A stretch of 64,000 bases of DNA. It comes from an uncultured Verrucomicrobiota bacterium. Its GTDB lineage: Bacteria > Verrucomicrobiota > Verrucomicrobiia > Limisphaerales > UBA8199. Under the pieces are notes generated by a model that did no database searches, was not told the DNA's origin, and saw only the letters and a list, made by a program, of their open reading frames with translations. A program made the translations under genes and the position numbers. Below are positions 1 to 8,652 of the stretch, piece after piece. Each line of letters begins with the position of its first letter. Positions within the stretch are counted from its first letter, which is position 1. The DNA is taken from the NCBI GenBank assembly GCA_903873945.1, contig CAIQQM010000227.1:781-64780 (forward strand). Reading direction: 5' to 3'.

Positions 1-186
1 AAGAGCTTCCGGTAAGAGACAGATCGGGTTGGCATAATGATAATTGAGTTTAGGGGCGATCGGGGCGCAATTCAAATACCCGCCGGTCAATTCACAACTA
101 TGGGCCGGGGCAGCCCGCGCTCTTTCCGTAATTGCCGGGAAATAACCTTCGGGCGCTGGTGCTGGTAAACAACCTGCTTGCCCGCG

Positions 187-2076
187 CTAAGGGCGGCGCT
201 CTTTTATCGCCTGCAGGATGTCTGCGATGACTTCCGTTCGTGGCTTTACCCCCTGATCGCCCTTGCCGTGAACGCGAACCGCCACGGCATTGGATTCCTG
301 CTCCCGGCCGCCCACAATGAGCATGGTGTGAATTTTCTCAGTCTCGGCTTTCTGGATCTTGCCGCGGATTTTGTCTCCAGTGACATCCATATCCACCCGC
401 ACAAATTGCGATCGCAGTTCCTTGGCGATTCCTTTGGCGTAATCGATCTGGTCGTCGGTAACCGGCAGAACCCGCACCTGCTGGGGTGCAAGCCAGAGCG
501 GAAAGTTGCCCGCATAATGCTCGATGAGAAACCCAATGAACCGCTCGTGTGTCCCCAGCGGCGCCCGGTGGATGCACAGCGGCGTCTTGTCCGTGTTATC
601 GCGGTCGCGGTAGGTGAGCCCGAAACGTTTGGGCACGGCGAAATCAACCTGGTTGGTCGCCAGCGTGAATTCGCGGCCGATGACGCTCCAAACCTGCACG
701 TCAATCTTCGGGCCGTAGAACGCCGCTTCGTTCGGCACCTCCACATAATTGATCTTCGAGTCAATCAACACCTGGCGCACCATGTCCTCGGTTTGCTTCC
801 ATAGTTCCGGTTCGCCGACGTATTTCTTGCCCATGCCCTCCGGCGCGGAGGTGCTGAAACGCATCACGTACTTTTCGATGCCGAAAATCTTGAAATACCT
901 CAGATACATCTCATTGACGGCATTGAACTCCTGGGCGAATTGCTCCGGCGTGCAATAGATATGCGAATCATTCATGTTGAGCGAACGGACTCGCATCAGG
1001 CCGAACAGTTCGCCCGATTGCTCATAGCGGTAGCAACAGCCGTACTCCGCCAGCCGTAACGGCAGATCCCGATAACTCCGCGGCTCCGCCGCAAAGATCC
1101 GGTGGTGATGCGGGCAGTTCATGGCCTTGAGATAGTACTTTATCGGGGCCTCCTCAGTCCCTGCCGGCCCGGCCACGCGATTCTTTGATACCTCTCCGGC
1201 CCCTTCCCTCAATTCCATCGGCGGAAACATCGATTCTGCGTAATATGGCAGGTGCCCTGAAGTCTTGTACATCACCTCTTTGGCGATGTGCGGCGTCTTC
1301 ACGCGGACGTAACCGGCTTGAAATTCGGTTTCCTTCGCCAGCTTCTCCAGTTCCTCGACTATTTCCCCGCCCTTTGGCAGCCAAAGCGGCAGGCCGGGTC
1401 CGACGTACTCGGTGTCGATGACATACAGGCCCATCTCCGCGCCTATCCTCCGGTGGTCGCGGCGCTTGGCCTCCTCGATCATCTTGAAATACGCCTCCAA
1501 CTCCGTCTTGTTCTTGAAAGCCGTGCCGTAAATGCGTTGAAGCTGCGGGTTCTTTTCGTCTCCCTTGTAGTAGGCGCTCGCCACGCTGGTGAGCTTGTAG
1601 GCGCCGATGTTCCCGGTGCGCATCACATGCGGTCCGGCGCAAAGATCGATAAAATCCCCGCTCTTGTAGTAAGAAATCGCCTCCCCTTCGGGAATGTCCG
1701 CCAGGTTGCCCAGTTTAAACTTGCTCGAAATATTACGCTCTCCCAATGCCCCCAGCCGGCCGCTTTGGGCGTCCTTCATCGCCTGTTCGCGCGTGACGAT
1801 GACTTTTTCGAAAGGACGATTCGCCTTAATCTCCTTTTTCATCTCGGCTTCGATGGCGGCGAAGTCTTCCGGCGTGATCCGGTGTTCCAGCTCCACGTCG
1901 TAGTAAAAACCGTTCTCGACCGCCGGGCCGGCCGCGAATTGAGCATCGGGCCACAGTTTGGCGATGGCCGCCGCCATCACGTGGGCGCACGAGTGGCGAA
2001 GTCGCTCGAGCTCCGTCATTCGGTTGCGGTCGTCTAGACTCTTGCGCTCAGGCTGTTTGCTATTGTCGGCTTCCAT
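187..2076 (-). CDS. thrS: Threonine--tRNA ligase
   Basis: 629-aa ORF. Editing-domain HSCAH motif near the N-terminus. Class II core motifs (MNCPHH, RVRSLNMNDSHIYC, GTHERFIG). C-terminal anticodon-binding region (QVRVLPV...IHTMLIVGGRE). No TGS domain is visible ahead of the HxxxH motif. Confidence 0.95.
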   Translation of the reverse strand: MEADNSKQPERKSLDDRNRMTELERLRHSCAHVMAAAIAKLWPDAQFAAGPAVENGFYYDVELEHRITPEDFAAIEAEMKKEIKANRPFEKVIVTREQAMKDAQSGRLGALGERNISSKFKLGNLADIPEGEAISYYKSGDFIDLCAGPHVMRTGNIGAYKLTSVASAYYKGDEKNPQLQRIYGTAFKNKTELEAYFKMIEEAKRRDHRRIGAEMGLYVIDTEYVGPGLPLWLPKGGEIVEELEKLAKETEFQAGYVRVKTPHIAKEVMYKTSGHLPYYAESMFPPMELREGAGEVSKNRVAGPAGTEEAPIKYYLKAMNCPHHHRIFAAEPRSYRDLPLRLAEYGCCYRYEQSGELFGLMRVRSLNMNDSHIYCTPEQFAQEFNAVNEMYLRYFKIFGIEKYVMRFSTSAPEGMGKKYVGEPELWKQTEDMVRQVLIDSKINYVEVPNEAAFYGPKIDVQVWSVIGREFTLATNQVDFAVPKRFGLTYRDRDNTDKTPLCIHRAPLGTHERFIGFLIEHYAGNFPLWLAPQQVRVLPVTDDQIDYAKGIAKELRSQFVRVDMDVTGDKIRGKIQKAETEKIHTMLIVGGREQESNAVAVRVHGKGDQGVKPRTEVIADILQAIKERRP

Positions 2077-2368
2077 AAAAAAATCCGCGGCTGATCCGTG
2101 GTAAACAAAAACGCCCCGAACTGGCTGGTCGAGGCGTTGGCGTCCACCCTGTTGGTTGCAGGATGAACGCTAAATCGTCGTGGTGGTCTTAGCGCCAAAT
2201 TTCACTTCTGCAACGTAGGTAAAGCCCGTGGTTTTGGCAAATCCAATTTCCGCAGGTGCGGCAGCAATTGTCGTCTTATTTTGCATTTACCGCACTGCGG
2301 CTTGGCTCTTGCCAATGGCTGATTAATGCTTGTTCGGCCGGTATGGACTCTTGTAATCATTCGGTGCA

Positions 2369-3595
2369 ATGAAAGTGAAATTTGAGGGATTCTTTCGTGG
2401 GTTTATGATATTTCTGGTGCTTACGCTGGCATGGAGCGTTTGGTCCGGCGCGCAGCCGGTAACAAACAAAACAGCCGTTGCGGCGCCAGACCAATCCTCC
2501 TTGCTCGTCAGAGACGTCCAGCGCCTGGAGACCCACCCCCTGACCTTCGGACTGGATAAGATCGCGCCTTTGCGGGAGGCAACTGTTCTGGGTGAGCCGC
2601 TCTGGAAGTACCTGGCCTCGGTCATCTACGTCCTGCTGGCGTTTTTTGTTTCCAAGCTCATCGACTTCGTCACGACTGTCTGGCTGAAGAAACTGACCGC
2701 CAAAACCGAGACCAAACTCGATGACCTGCTGCTTGCGCTGCTCCACGGGCCCATCAAGGCAATTGTTTTCGTTGTTCTCTTGAACATCGGCCTGAACATT
2801 TTTGACTGGTCGCCGACCACTAAACTGTATTTGTCCAAGGGCCTGATCCTTGTCGTCGCCGCTTCTCTAACCTACCTGGCGGTGAAGCTGATCAACTTGC
2901 TGCTTGAGGTTTGGAAACAGCGCAACGTCCAGGACTCCAGCGGGAAGTTTGATGACCAGCTTTTCTCGGTCATCCGCATCAGCCTCGACACCTTCGTCAT
3001 CATTGTGGCCGTGCTCGTGACGGCGCAAAACATGAGTATCGACATCACTGCCGCCATCGCGTCGCTGTCTGTCGGTGGTCTGGCGGTGGGCTTGGCGGCT
3101 CAGGACACGCTTGCCAACCTGTTCGGCGCCATCGCCGTCTTTGTCGACAAACCATTTCGCGTCGGCGATCAAGTCAAATTGGAGGGCGCCGAAGGCGTCG
3201 TCGAAAATGTCGGCTTGCGCAGTACCCGCTTGCGCAACCCCGACGGACACTTGGTGGCCGTGCCAAATAAGACCATGGGCAACGCTACAATTATCAACAT
3301 CACCCGGCGTCCGAATATCAAAACCGTGATGAACCTCGCGCTGGCCCCCGATACGTCTGCGGATAAAATCAAAGAGGCGCTCGCCCTCCTCGATGATGTT
3401 TATCGCAGCCATCCGATGACTCAGGACGCCTGGATAAGCTTCAACCAGTTTGTCGGCCCCAACATCAACATCGTGCTCATGCATTGGTGGAAGGGCACCG
3501 ATTCCCAGAAGCACCTCGCAGGCATGCAGCAGATGAACCTCGCAGTCAAAGAACGGCTCGATGCCGCGGGCATCCGCCTCGCCCTGAAGCCTTGA
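2369..3595 (+). CDS. MscS-family mechanosensitive ion channel
   Basis: 408-aa ORF with a signal-like N-terminus, several TM helices and the MscS beta-domain signature (FRVGDQVKLEGAEGVVENVGLRSTRLRNPDGHLVAVPN). Confidence 0.85.
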   Translation: MKVKFEGFFRGFMIFLVLTLAWSVWSGAQPVTNKTAVAAPDQSSLLVRDVQRLETHPLTFGLDKIAPLREATVLGEPLWKYLASVIYVLLAFFVSKLIDFVTTVWLKKLTAKTETKLDDLLLALLHGPIKAIVFVVLLNIGLNIFDWSPTTKLYLSKGLILVVAASLTYLAVKLINLLLEVWKQRNVQDSSGKFDDQLFSVIRISLDTFVIIVAVLVTAQNMSIDITAAIASLSVGGLAVGLAAQDTLANLFGAIAVFVDKPFRVGDQVKLEGAEGVVENVGLRSTRLRNPDGHLVAVPNKTMGNATIINITRRPNIKTVMNLALAPDTSADKIKEALALLDDVYRSHPMTQDAWISFNQFVGPNINIVLMHWWKGTDSQKHLAGMQQMNLAVKERLDAAGIRLALKP

Positions 3596-3765
3596 CGCGC
3601 GCATCTGTGAACCCTTGGAGTTGTCGCCAAAACCGCGAATCAGGCAAGTCTGTGCCGGCGCTCGGTTCCGGGCCGTCCGGCACATTGCGGGTTTGCGGAT
3701 TCTGGCTCCCGATTCGGAAGTTCCTTCTTCCTGTTTTCCTGTGATTCCTTAAGCTTGGTGACACT

Positions 3766-4185
3766 ATGGATTGGCTGACAAACTTGGTTTGGCACAACGG
3801 CAAACCATTCGGCGTCGAATGGCGAGTATGGGGGGAAGTCGTGGGCTGGCTTGGCAATGCCGCGTTTTTTTCCCGCTTCTTCGTTCAGTGGTATGCTACC
3901 GAGAAGCTCAAACGCGTCGTGGTGCCAACGGCATTCTGGTGGCTAAGTCTGGTCGGTTCCCTGCTTTTGCTTTGTTACGCGGTCTTTTGCGACAAAAACA
4001 AGGTTATTATCTGTGCCTACGCGCTTCCTTGGATCCCTTACATCCGCAACCTGGTCATTCACCGGCGGCACTCGGCGGCACACCTCACCTGTCCGGGTTG
4101 TGGTGTGCTTTGCCCGCCCAAATCCAACTTCTGCTTCTCCTGCGGTACGCGACTGGTTGCCGCAACCGAAACCACCTCGTGCTGA
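3766..4185 (+). CDS. Lipid-A-disaccharide synthase N-terminal (LAB_N-like) membrane domain fused to a C-terminal zinc ribbon
   Basis: 139-aa ORF. FFSRFFVQWYATEK...VPTAFWWLSLVGSLLLLCYA resembles the LAB_N membrane domain. The C-terminus CPGCG-x10-CFSCG is a CxxC...CxxC ribbon. Confidence 0.6.
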   Translation: MDWLTNLVWHNGKPFGVEWRVWGEVVGWLGNAAFFSRFFVQWYATEKLKRVVVPTAFWWLSLVGSLLLLCYAVFCDKNKVIICAYALPWIPYIRNLVIHRRHSAAHLTCPGCGVLCPPKSNFCFSCGTRLVAATETTSC

Positions 4186-4194
4186 CGGAGGTGG

Positions 4195-4587
4195 CTATTT
4201 CTTTGCCGCAGGAGCGGGAGCCGAAGCAGTACTTGGGGCGGTCGGAGTGGCGCTCGCTGACGCGCCGGGCTTGAGGTTATACTTGGCCATGATGGGCGCG
4301 AAGTCCGCATGCGTCCGCCCATACTCCGTGATTCGCTTGACAAAATCAGCCATCAACGGCCCGCCAGTCTTGTTGTAATTATTGATAATCTGCGTGGCTT
4401 GCGGACGAATCCCCGCTAGGTCTGTGCGGGTGTATTTCACCTGCCTCAACAGGTAAAGATTGAACGTGCCGCTGATTACAATAACCAGAACTAGGATCGA
4501 CACCAGCAGGCTTTGCAAAGAATCACACTGCGCTTGTAGCTCACTTAAGTCGGGTTGTACGGGTGTTTTGTTTTCGATATTGTCCAT
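4195..4587 (-). CDS. Hypothetical single-pass membrane protein with Ala/Ser/Pro-rich tail
   Basis: 130-aa ORF with one clear TM helix (LLVSILVLVIVISGTFNLYLL) and a low-complexity C-terminus. Tandem with a similarly organised ORF upstream. Confidence 0.45.
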   Translation of the reverse strand: MDNIENKTPVQPDLSELQAQCDSLQSLLVSILVLVIVISGTFNLYLLRQVKYTRTDLAGIRPQATQIINNYNKTGGPLMADFVKRITEYGRTHADFAPIMAKYNLKPGASASATPTAPSTASAPAPAAKK

Positions 4588-4593
4588 AAGTCA

Positions 4594-4878
4594 TTATTTC
4601 GTTGCGGGTTTACTGGCGCTGGCTGAAGCGGTTTTCAATGGCCTCACGCCCGCAGCCTCAAGAATCGGTTCGATGGCTGGATTCTTCTTGCTGTACTCGA
4701 GGGCATCGCCGGCAAGCGCCGAAACGAATCTCTCATTTGCCTGCACGGCATTTACTTGGGTTGTAAGCTGGCGTAGTTGGCGGGTGTTGGAAATATACGC
4801 CCAGCACAACACGACCGAAGCCAGCGCGCTAACAACCAGCACTGCCACCAGAATTGCAGTTAAAGGATTCTTTTTCAT
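4594..4878 (-). CDS. Hypothetical single-pass membrane protein, distant paralog of 4195..4587
   Basis: 94-aa ORF with an N-terminal TM helix (LTAILVAVLVVSALASVVL), an RQLRQL segment after the TM and an ASASAS tail. Only 6 nt separate it from the next ORF. Confidence 0.45.
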   Translation of the reverse strand: MKKNPLTAILVAVLVVSALASVVLCWAYISNTRQLRQLTTQVNAVQANERFVSALAGDALEYSKKNPAIEPILEAAGVRPLKTASASASKPATK

Positions 4879-5017
4879 AAGATGTTGAGAACTTTACAGG
4901 TTTTGCATCCCCATTGTCCAATGTCTTTTTTGTATCTTTTTTGCGTCAAAACTTGCTTGATTTTGGCTGGCAACCGCCGCAATTTCCGTGCTTCTGAAGG
5001 AGTCAAGTCGTAGCCAA

Positions 5018-5392
5018 GTGGCTAAGGAACAACCAATTGAATTAACTGGTTCAGTGACGCAGGTTTTGACTGGAACCATGTTCCGCGTGGCCCCGCCTAA
5101 CGGGCACGAGGTGCTGGCACATGTTTCCGGCAAAATGCGCAAGAACTTTATCCGGATTGGTGTTGGCGACAAGGTCAGCGTCGAAATATCCCCCTACGAC
5201 CTCGGCAAGGCCAGAATCACTTTTCGGCAAACCGGAACTCAATTCGCTGCTTGGGCTTGCCGCACACGGATCTCTGTGCCCCGCTGCTCACTCCAGGCTC
5301 GACTTTCCCCCTCGGTCTCACATTCTTTTTGCCATGCGAATTCATTTCTTGGGTGCCACGCGCACCACGACCGGCTCATTGTATCTCATTGA
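5018..5392 (+). CDS. infA: Translation initiation factor IF-1 with a non-canonical ~50-codon C-terminal extension
   Basis: GTG at 5018 gives [71 protein letters not shown], a full-length IF-1 S1 fold. There is no in-frame stop until TGA at 5390-5392. Confidence 0.8.
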   Translation: MAKEQPIELTGSVTQVLTGTMFRVAPPNGHEVLAHVSGKMRKNFIRIGVGDKVSVEISPYDLGKARITFRQTGTQFAAWACRTRISVPRCSLQARLSPSVSHSFCHANSFLGCHAHHDRLIVSH

Positions 5393-6728
5393 ACTCAATG
5401 GCCAGCGATTGTTGCTTGAATGTGGTCTCTTCCAGGGGCGGCGCGGGGAGTCGGTTGAACGTAATCGCAACTTCCCCTTCGATCCAAAGGGGATCGATGC
5501 CGTCGTTCTCAGCCACGCCCATATCGACCATTGCGGCAATCTCCCCAACCTTTGCCGTCAGGGCTTCGAGGGCAATATCTACTGTACCTTCGCCACTCGC
5601 GACCTCGCCAGCATCATGCTTGAGGATTCCGCCCAAATCCAACGCGATGACGCGGCATTTGTCTCAAAGAAACGCGCCAAGCAGGGTCTCCCGCCGGTCG
5701 AACCGCTTTATTCCGCCGCCGATGCCGAGAAAGCCGTCCGCCAGTTTGTCGGCATCAATTATGACCGGGCTTTTCCGGTGGCTGATGGCGTCACAGTGAC
5801 TTTCCGCGACGCCGGCCATATTCTCGGTGCTGCTCAGGTGGTGTTGGATATTCGCGAGAAAGGGCGCAAGTTCCGCTACCTCTTCAGCGGCGATGTGGGG
5901 CGTGGCGGCGATGATATCCTGCGCGACCCGCAACCTGTCGAAGATGTGGATTATCTCCAGGTCGAAAGCACTTATGGTGGCCGGGAGCACGCGCCCAAAG
6001 CCAACGCCAACGCTGAAGTCGGCCGGCTCGTGCGCGCCACCTTGGAGCAAAACGGAAAGGTCATTATTCCCTCCTTTTCCGTTGGTCGTACCCAGCAGAT
6101 CGTTTACACCTTGCACCAGTTGACGTTGGCGGGGCAGTTGCCCAAAGTCCCCATTTTTGTCGATAGCCCCCTCAGTGTGAATGCGACCGAAGTCTATCGC
6201 CTTCATCCCGAGTGCTTTAACGACACGATCTACAAGTTCCTCCGCGAGAAAGAGAATCCTTTCGGCATGGAAAACCTTACTTACATTCGTGAAGTGGCTC
6301 ACTCGATGAAGCTCAACGATTTGAAAGATCCCGCAATCATCATTAGCGCCTCGGGTATGGCCGAGGCCGGACGAATTCGGCACCACCTGGCCAACAATAT
6401 CGGCAATCCGAACAATCTGATTTTCTTCATTGGGTATTGCGCTGAGCACACCCTCGGCGCCCAGATCCTTTCGGGCCGCAACCCGGTGAACATCTTCGGC
6501 GAGCCCTACGCCGTCCGTGCCCGGATTGCTTCCCTCGATTCGTTTTCTGGCCATGCTGACAAGAATGAGCTGCGGCGCTATATCCAGGCTATCAAGGGAA
6601 ACATTAAAAAGATCGCGGTGATTCATGGCGAGGAGTCGCAGGCCATTGCCTTTGGTGAAACCCTGCGCGCTATGAAACCCGAGGCGGAAGTCCTTGTGCC
6701 GGAATACCAGCAGACAATGGATTTCTAG
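5334..6728 (+). CDS. MBL-fold beta-CASP family hydrolase (RNase J / CPSF-like ribonuclease)
   Basis: ATG at 5334 ([15 protein letters not shown]). HAHIDHCG (HxHxDH) motif, beta-CASP region and a C-terminal SGHADKNEL motif. Confidence 0.85.
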   Translation: MRIHFLGATRTTTGSLYLIELNGQRLLLECGLFQGRRGESVERNRNFPFDPKGIDAVVLSHAHIDHCGNLPNLCRQGFEGNIYCTFATRDLASIMLEDSAQIQRDDAAFVSKKRAKQGLPPVEPLYSAADAEKAVRQFVGINYDRAFPVADGVTVTFRDAGHILGAAQVVLDIREKGRKFRYLFSGDVGRGGDDILRDPQPVEDVDYLQVESTYGGREHAPKANANAEVGRLVRATLEQNGKVIIPSFSVGRTQQIVYTLHQLTLAGQLPKVPIFVDSPLSVNATEVYRLHPECFNDTIYKFLREKENPFGMENLTYIREVAHSMKLNDLKDPAIIISASGMAEAGRIRHHLANNIGNPNNLIFFIGYCAEHTLGAQILSGRNPVNIFGEPYAVRARIASLDSFSGHADKNELRRYIQAIKGNIKKIAVIHGEESQAIAFGETLRAMKPEAEVLVPEYQQTMDF

Positions 6729-6975
6729 CCGCAATACCCTTCCACGCTCCTTTCCCTCACATGGATCACATGCGCCCCCAGCTTTTCTGCAATGACAATT
6801 GCCCCATCGGGGCTCCCATCATCTACGATCAGGCCCCCCCCCGCTTGCGTGATGCCAAGCCGGGCGTTCTCAATGCAGGCGATCAGTATCTCTGCCTCAT
6901 TCAGACAAGGCATCACAGTGGTTAATTCAACGCGCCCGGCGGTCTCCGCGCCGGTGGGCGCATTGGCTCCTTGAG
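6725..6975 (-). pseudogene. Truncated duplicate of the N-terminus of the GT2 glycosyltransferase at 18005..19207
   Basis: The translation ...GRVELTTVMPCLNEAEILIACIENARLGITQAGGGLIVDDGSPDGAIVIAEKLGAHVIHVRE matches residues ~20-95 of the 18005 gene. Hand alignment of ~190 nt gives roughly 88% identity with a 9-nt gap at a G-run. The reading frame ends right after the homology and no catalytic remainder is present. Confidence 0.7.
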
Positions 6976-7086
6976 GGGTTTGGGCGGCTCGGGAAACCTC
7001 CTTCGGCGGTAGTTGCGAGGGCGCTTATTCTGGCTTATGCTGGGGGCAAGCTGGATAGCTACTGGCAGGGTCCGGGGTTCCGCTAT

Positions 7087-7623
7087 ATGAATTGGACAGA
7101 GGAGCCGGCAACGGAGAATCAGCTGAAGCGCTTGAAGGAGTTTGGGTATGGGCTTGAGCGCAAGCTGACTAAAGGGGAAGCTTCACACTTAATCAGCGCG
7201 TTTGAAGCGCGTCCGGAAGGGTGGGTGGCCTTGGCAGCGCGTGACGGCGGGGGGATGGAGGAAGAGCCGGAGGCCTTTCGTCTTCGGAAAGCGGTGGAGC
7301 AGGCGCGGCGGGCGGTTGATGAGCCTCCGGGTGGTGCGAGCGGGCATTTTCCGGATGGGCTTGCCTTGGCGGTTAGCTGGCGGGAAGAATTCTGGTTGGA
7401 TACATGCCGCGACATCGGGAAAACGGCCTCCATGCAGGCGCGTGACCTGTATAAACAATTCGGATGCCGGTTTGCCACACCTACGCATTGGCAGGTTCGG
7501 AGCATTCTTGACGCTCTGGATTCAGCCACGCCTTCCTGGGACAGGGATTTCCCGAAAGTTTTTTACCAAACACTCGAACTCAATTTCCCGGAGCTGCTTC
7601 GGACGCGCAACTCTTCAGGTTGA
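7087..7623 (+). CDS. Hypothetical protein
   Basis: 178-aa ORF with coding-like composition. The N-terminal ATENQLKRLKEFGY...LTKGEASHLIS helical motif is not assignable to a family from sequence alone. Confidence 0.4.
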   Translation: MNWTEEPATENQLKRLKEFGYGLERKLTKGEASHLISAFEARPEGWVALAARDGGGMEEEPEAFRLRKAVEQARRAVDEPPGGASGHFPDGLALAVSWREEFWLDTCRDIGKTASMQARDLYKQFGCRFATPTHWQVRSILDALDSATPSWDRDFPKVFYQTLELNFPELLRTRNSSG

Positions 7624-7707
7624 CGCCGCGCGCGGTTCGCGTTAAGAGATTCGATGGAAGGGTTCGTTACAGCGAAGTTTTTCCGGCGTTTGCCGGGCCA
7701 CGATTAC

Positions 7708-8280
7708 ATGCAAACAATTCTGCCATCTGAATTCAAGCGGCTGATGGTTCTTATGTTGGACGGGGCTCCGCATGTTATTGAGGATCTTCACACCAGCGGC
7801 ACGGCCCAGACCAGGCATAAACTCCATACTCGTTTGCGCCATCTCCAGACCGGTCGCATTACCGACCGCGTCTTCGCCGACAATGAGCGGGTGGCCGTGG
7901 CGCCGCTCGAAACCCGGCGGACGAACTATAGTTACTCGCAGGGGAACATGCGGGTTTTCTTGGATGCCGAGACTTACGAGGAATTCGAACTGAGCAACGA
8001 ACAGCTTGGCGAGCGGCGATTCTTCTTGAAAGAAAACGAGGAATATAAGGCGCTGCTTCTCGATCGTCGGCTGCTCGACATTGTTCTTCCGCCCCAGATT
8101 CCGCTGCTCGTAGTGGATACTGCCCCGCCCGCTCGCGGCGGGTCCGACTCGGCGTGGAAGGAAGCCACGCTGGAAACCGGCCTGCACGTCATGGTTCCGC
8201 TCTTCATCGCAAAAGGCGAGACCATCCGCATTGACACTGCCACGAAAAAATACCTGGGACGGGAAGGCCCGGGAAAATAA
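7708..8280 (+). CDS. Elongation factor P-like protein (YeiP/EfpL-type)
   Basis: The internal ATG at 7708 gives MQTILPSEFKRLMVLMLDGAPHVIEDL..., which matches EF-P family architecture: KOW-like N-domain and OB domains with LETGLHVMVPLFIAKGETIRIDT near the C-terminus. The ORF extends upstream to 7654. Confidence 0.8.
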   Translation: MQTILPSEFKRLMVLMLDGAPHVIEDLHTSGTAQTRHKLHTRLRHLQTGRITDRVFADNERVAVAPLETRRTNYSYSQGNMRVFLDAETYEEFELSNEQLGERRFFLKENEEYKALLLDRRLLDIVLPPQIPLLVVDTAPPARGGSDSAWKEATLETGLHVMVPLFIAKGETIRIDTATKKYLGREGPGK

Positions 8281-8652
8281 TTCGGCTGCCTCTCTTCGCA
8301 AAGCAGGATCGGGGAGAGGGTCGGGGGGGGTGACTCTCGCGCTGCCCTGTCGTAACCGCGAGAAAAGATTGAAAAGGGTTGTAAATAGCCCTGAAAAGGG
8401 TTCCCAGTGCGGCGGCGGCGATAGGGTTGCAGGCCATCTGCAGCCGCCCTGCCAACCGACTGCAGCCTGGTTAGTACTGGACGAGGTCATTGTGCGGCAA
8501 TCCCGGTTCCTGAGGCTTGACTTCCGGCCCACGACGTTCGCATAGTAGAAAAAGATATAATTGCAAATGAGTGCGACTAATAATCGGCTCTGGAGGCGGC
8601 AGGTAGCGGTAGAAGCTGGTTTCGTGGCGATGGAAGAACCACAAGGGAGGAG

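Noticed and set aside
2077-2368. A possible regulatory leader for thrS (a hairpin AACGCC...GGCGTT around 2112-2140) by analogy with E. coli thrS autoregulation.
   Set aside because: The 6-bp stem has a 17-nt loop and no resemblance to a tRNA-Thr anticodon arm. The region is also the divergent promoter zone for the MscS gene. Too weak.
5664-6734. Long antisense ORFs opposite well-supported genes. Examples: 246..764, 5664..6734, 7642..8877, 14769..15407, 25124..25900, 41145..42053, 47001..47681, 49776..50720 and 59827..60807.
   Set aside because: Their translations are low-complexity and Arg/Gly/Ala-rich with no motifs, and each lies fully inside a gene with strong family signatures. These are typical shadow ORFs of high-GC DNA.
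8281-8652. A GC-rich intergenic segment (ggggagagggtcggggggggtgactctcgcg...) with a short duplicated word GAAAAGGGTT, possibly a dispersed repeat element.
   Set aside because: Only one copy is visible in this window and the internal repeat is 10 nt. This cannot be evaluated without the rest of the genome.
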